A stretch of DNA of 64,000 nucleotides from Marsupella aquatica (lineage: Eukaryota; Plantae; Marchantiophyta): positions 19,417,869-19,481,868 of the forward strand of contig OZ316892.1 in the NCBI GenBank assembly GCA_973895155.1, written 5' to 3'. The notes under the pieces are model-generated. The model saw only the letters and a program-made list of their open reading frames with translations. It was not told the DNA's origin and made no database searches. A program made the translations under genes and the position numbers. Numbering within the stretch: position 1 is the first letter of the stretch; each line of letters opens with the position of its first letter. This document shows, piece after piece, positions 59,150-64,000 of this stretch.

Positions 59150-59830
59150 GACCAAGGAAAGGACTTGGTTGCAGAAGGGAGAAATTACTTGAATCACACC
59201 CACTCCTCAAAAAGGAGAATCACTCCTTCTAAAGACATGCACTCCCTGTTCAACTCCTTTTTTGAAGACGTCTACTACTTTAAGGACACACACTCCTTTC
59301 CAAAGGACAAACACTCCTAAACGAACAGTCCTTTGGAAAGGAGTAACACTCCTTTTACAAGGACCGAAAGTCCTTTCAAAAGGACTACTGCTCCTTTGTC
59401 AAGGACCAACTGTCCTTTCAAAAGGACTAGTGCTCCTTTGTCAAGGACCATCAGTCCTTTAAAAAGGACATACACTCCTTGACCAAGGACATGCACTTGC
59501 TTCAGAAGGACCTGAACTCCTTGGAAAAGGACTTAGACTCCTTGGAAAAGGAAATAGACTCCTTGCAAAAGGACTTAGACTCCTTGGCAAAGGAGTTATA
59601 CTCCTTTCACAATGGACATGGACTCCTTGAAAACTCACACCCACTCCTTCACGAAGGCCACCCAATCCTTAACAAAGAAGAACAACTAAGAGGTTAAAAA
59701 ATGGTTGACCAGGGCTCACAGTCCTTGACAGAGCAGATTTCAGAACTCGTTTAATTGACACAAGTCATGAACTAAGTGTAAAAGGACTGTACAAGACTCG
59801 CTCATGTGTACACTCCTTTCAAAAAGGACT
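59150..59830. repeat. AGGAC/ACTCCTT subterminal-type repeats (~21-bp period)
   Basis: For example aaggacttagactccttgg(c)aa repeated at 59500-59610. Confidence 0.75.
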
Positions 59831-60110
59831 AGACCCTCATCTAAGATTACTTGGATTAGAGAGTGACCGTGCTATTACCAACAAGAGATTGCTAAAGGTT
59901 CCTCATCATTTGCACATGACATTTGCCAATAGACAAATGTGAAGACTTACTTGTCAGAAACTGAGAATTGCTCAAAAATATGATTTGCGGTTGGTCTTTT
60001 GAAGCTGCACAAAGAGCATAGAGGAAGTTTTAAACACAAAAGGCATGAAAATCACGGTATGCGCATTGCAAAATGCACACCACATCTTCAACAGCCACAG
60101 AATGTACGAC

Positions 60111-62538
60111 TTAAAACGTTATCCGAGGCATATTGTAAAGCTTCTTCTTTGGCCTAGCATCTACATTATCGCAATTTGGTGGAGGTATTGTCGGTCCATA
60201 AGGGCTTGGAGTCTTCAGTGAAGCGTATGTCTTAAAGGTGACATCTGCCTCTGGGGAAAATGGGAGAGTGGCACTAGGCGTTAGCACATGTTGACTAGGC
60301 TTAGCACTCAACAACGGTATTAATTTCACCTTCCTGCTAGAATCTACATCACACTTCTGTTTTTTCCGTGAATCCTCATCCTCAACCTTTGGTGACAACA
60401 TGACCATCTTGGATGATCTGTCTTCACCACCGCAATCCTCAATAGCTGCATCCTCAACCGTGGAAGAAGGTGTTATAGAAGCCAAGCACCGCTCAACAAT
60501 CTCTTGCAGATCCTGCTCCACAACAGTAGACCATGTTCCATAAGAAGCAGTACACAGTGAACAGTGCTCAACATCCATTCGTAACCCATCCATCTCCAAA
60601 GATTGCAAATTCATCAATTGAAAGCCAACTAGCAATTAAAGTGCAGACCGATGTGGATACCTTTCCTTTGATTGAGACCATATTGTTCACCCTATCGCCT
60701 CTGGGCCAATTGCCTATAGTTCTTCCCATATAGGTCCTCCACTTCCATGGCCATTGGGTGATGCTCCAGGGCTATATGAGTGCCCTCTTTGTAGCCTTGC
60801 TCATCATCTAAACCCCAGGTTTGTAACCAGTCATTACTGAAAATTGCCCCGTATGCCTTGCATTGTGGGCCGCCCGTACATGAATGAATATAAGTAAACA
60901 AACATGCAGGATGATATGTGTGCCCACAGGATGCTGGGATCCAATTGTAGCAATGGTATCCATTGCAACAAATTGGACAACTTGATACAGAAACTCTGCT
61001 AAAACTTGTTTCAGTGGACGTAAGGGTATAACATGGCATCACTGCAGGACATGGATTGCATAAAACGTCTGCCACAATCGCAAGCTCTACTTCCTGATGC
61101 TTCAAATTAGATTCAATCTTTTGGCATTCTGCTGTTAACTTGTTAGATAAGTCAAACATCCGGGACATCATTTTAGGCACACTCTCGTCATACTCTTGTT
61201 TTCTCTGTAATCTTTCCTTCACACTATGCAAATCCCGTCGGGTGGCTTCCAACAGGCTAGAAAGCTGGATGACTGTACTCTCGTGAGTTCTCAGCGTTGT
61301 CCCCATCAAGGCCAACAAGTCGTTGTTAACCTGCAATATCAACATTTCAAACAATCACATGTCTTGCCACAAGGTCCATCGCCTAAAGCCCACATTGAAG
61401 TCCACAACTGCAAACAAACGGGTTCTGAACAGAGAAAGGACATGATCCTAGCAAGATGAAGGAGGAAATCTCAAAGTACCTCTTCAATCGCCTCTCCTTC
61501 ACCCTGCTTGTTGGATTCCAACTCAATGTCCGTTGTTAGTTCAAGATTCTACTGCAATTTCTTCTACATCAATTTTGTTGGAGATTTTATCTTCTTGAAG
61601 TCATAGTTCTCAATCTCTTGGTGTAATGAGCTCTCCACATCATCATGTCCCGACTGAATTACATTCAGTTTGTCCATGGTAGAATGGACCTTGTCGAACC
61701 TCTTGTTCACAGACACAAGTTGGCCCCTCATTTTAGATATCTTGGCTTCTATGGCAGATACCATAACGTTCTTCACTTTCAAGGGAATCTGTCTCTTCTC
61801 GGATGGACAAACACATAGAATAGGTGTGGGAGGAGGTACTGTCCTAACCTTAGTCAAGCTACAACTGCCAAGCTCCTTGGGCACGACACTTTTAGGGCTC
61901 TCAAAAAGTGCTAACTGTCCGTCACAGACGACGGGTTTAGTCTCTGACGAAGACTTTGGAGCTGAATACAGTTGAGGCTTTCTAACACAAGGAGGGCCAT
62001 CAGGCCTACCCTTCTCATCTCGTGACCACTGAGTTACCTGACCCTTCAGTTTTGTCGATGCATAAGCTGCCCAGTTTACCTTTCTATGAAGCACCCGCTT
62101 GGCATAGGCACCTTTGACAAATGTATGAGATAGAATTCCATTAACAGGCTTCTCATACCCGTCCACCACTTGAGACAGTGCTAAAATCTCATCAAGAGGA
62201 ATACCCGTGCAAGTACTTAGCTTATAGCCATTCCTTGTTACCTCACCAAAGCATGCACTCAACTGTTCCTCGGTGAGATCTAAAATCTTGTGCGGAGTTT
62301 CACCCTCATTGGGGAGACCAAAGTTTGTAGCAAACCAGGCTGCATCCTTGCAGAACTCGGTCGGAGATCAAGTTACATCAGAGCTCTGGCCTTTCACTTT
62401 CTTAGCTGCTCTTGGCATTTGAGTTTTGGTGTTTTCCTTCGTGATGCCTGTCTCTGCTTTTGCCAGGACATTGGATACTGGCTGTATCGACTTGACATCC
62501 ACCCCTCCATCAACTGTCAATGGAGAAGTGGTATCCAT
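60111..62538 (-). pseudogene. Multi-exon gene: plant-transposon-type N-terminal domain, coiled coil, RING finger
   Basis: From ATG 62538 (one TGA): FGLPNEGE..FGEVTRNGY..KVNWAAYA; coiled coil; CPICCNG..SCGHTYHPACL..PQCKAY (last Cys lost). Confidence 0.7.
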
Positions 62539-62976
62539 CGAACTCTTCCTGAATAAACAAAAAAACTGTGACTAAACACTCAATAAGACCTCTGCCCACA
62601 ATATGTAAAGGTATGCCTCACAGGATGGACTAAACTACACGGAACGATAGCCAGGAATATACATAAATTTGAAGTTTGAGCTATATTCTAGCCACGATAA
62701 CAAAATTAAGTCTCCTCTGCTTTGCAACTCACAGAGTAGTTTCCACTGAGCAGCAACCAGCTAGTAACGAGCAGTAATCCTCCACAGCAATTAAGTAGCT
62801 TGCAATCCGCCAATGCCCAGCAATCAACGATCCCCCAATGTGCATCAATCCACGATCCCCGATGCACAGCAATGACCAATCCCCCAATGCGCAACAATCA
62901 GCAACCCGTCAAGCAGCAATCCTCTATCAATTGGCAAATCCGCAATGCGCAAACCCCCATTACCACATACGTTCTG

Positions 62977-63165
62977 TGGATAGAGCTCCGCCCAGGTGAA
63001 ACTTGAGTGAGAAATGGGCGGATAGAGCTTCGCCCAGGTGAAACTTCAATGAGAAATGGACGGATAGGGCTCCGCCCGAGTGAAACAAACTGTGCAAGTG
63101 AGAAATGGGCGGATAGAGCTCCGCCCAAGTGAAACAAGTGCAAGTGAGAAATGGGCGGCCCAAGC
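62977..63165. repeat. Tandem hairpin repeat, 4-5 units of 42-49 bp
   Basis: GAGAAATGGGCGGA-TAGAGC-TCCGCCCA(G/A)GTGAAAC. Confidence 0.85.
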
Positions 63166-64000
63166 TTTCTGTGAGCGGGAAGTTTTGTGGACAGTACAAC
63201 TCTCACGTTGGCCGCACTTCTCTTCTCAAGGGATTCAAATTGGCAGAGAACTTCGCGCATTTGGAGTCCTCATAATGTCCTGGCCCCACCAATGTCGTTA
63301 TTAAGTCTTAAGTATGTTTTGTCTCAAAGTGAGTTCAAAACGTCTTCGGCGGCTCAAGATCCTTGTCATCTCAACCATTCATGTGCCAAGGATTGCGAGG
63401 ACTGCCATCCCAGAATTCCAGTCCTTTTTGCACATTTTGGTACCCCTCAATCATGGTTTCCACCTTTTGCAAGTGATCACACAATGGCCCAAAAACCCCA
63501 CTTATACCTACAAATAAACACTCCAAACAACTTATACCTACAAATGAACACTCTAAACAATGTTTGCTACCGGCCTTACGTCCAACTTTTGTTCTCGGAA
63601 GTTTAATTTGTTTTGCTCACTCTGTTGCAGTGGTGGCCACATACTAACCAAATCACTTCAAATTTTTAGTTCAAAATATCTACCACGGCTTGATCGCACC
63701 TACCTCTCCTACTAGAAGTAAAGCATATAAGACACTAAAATCAACAATCCCCTTGCAAGCAAGGGCACCTATAATTTAGGAAACCTTTGTCAAAATGTGT
63801 GTTAGGTTTATTTCACGCAAAACAAACCCAGCCGAGTGAATTGCGCTGGGATATATTGTCACATATTGACTGATGGCACCATCATCATATATACAGCCTA
63901 AGTCTTCTCGAACTGTCTACAAGCTTCCTTGGCAGCTTCCGTCCAATCCTACGCAGGTTTGTACTAAGCTTCAGCTATTAATCTATTTTAGAGCAGTCCC

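Larger units (their letters stand above)
58655..64000. mobile_element. Putative DNA transposon, right end outside the window
   Basis: Abruptly interrupts the gypsy RT at ~58655-58662 (GGGGTCT-CACTATATGGGGG); followed by an AGGACT/ACTCCT repeat tract and a spliced cargo gene. Confidence 0.55.

Noticed and set aside
59459-59697. Heptad coiled-coil ORF KDLDSLEK
   Set aside because: By-product of the 21-bp DNA repeat tract.

Overview
This window is mostly nested transposable-element DNA from a eukaryote, most likely a non-seed plant (spliced genes, CACTA, copia and gypsy elements, an RPL10 fragment, an EDM2-like module). No intact host gene is present. (1) 1-947 is bacterial-looking: an uninterrupted AbiEii-type nucleotidyltransferase plus the tail of its antitoxin, not in the ORF track, joined directly to an inverted retrotransposon LTR end. 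(2) 1090-8648 is an Athila/OTA-like gypsy element whose apparent ~4.7 kb 3' LTR contains a ~1200-codon ORF. (3) 9472-26100 is a complete CACTA element (TIRs, GTT TSD) with TnpD/TnpA plus F-box-like, tandem-BRCT and EDM2-type PHD cargo. (4) It interrupts a larger unclassified element (~8649-34454). That element carries a decayed spliced gene with ParB-like, N6/N4 DNA amino-methyltransferase and Ulp1 SUMO-protease domains, an F-box-like gene, and three intron-located arrays of a ~43-bp palindrome at ~90-bp spacing. This is the most novel-looking system in the window. (5) A 5'-truncated Sola2-like transposase. (6) A full Tork/Tnt1-like copia. (7) A second gypsy interrupted by a Bianca copia, a Pack-CACTA carrying an RPL10 fragment, and a further element with a RING-finger gene. 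All family assignments come from motifs read by eye; no database search was run.
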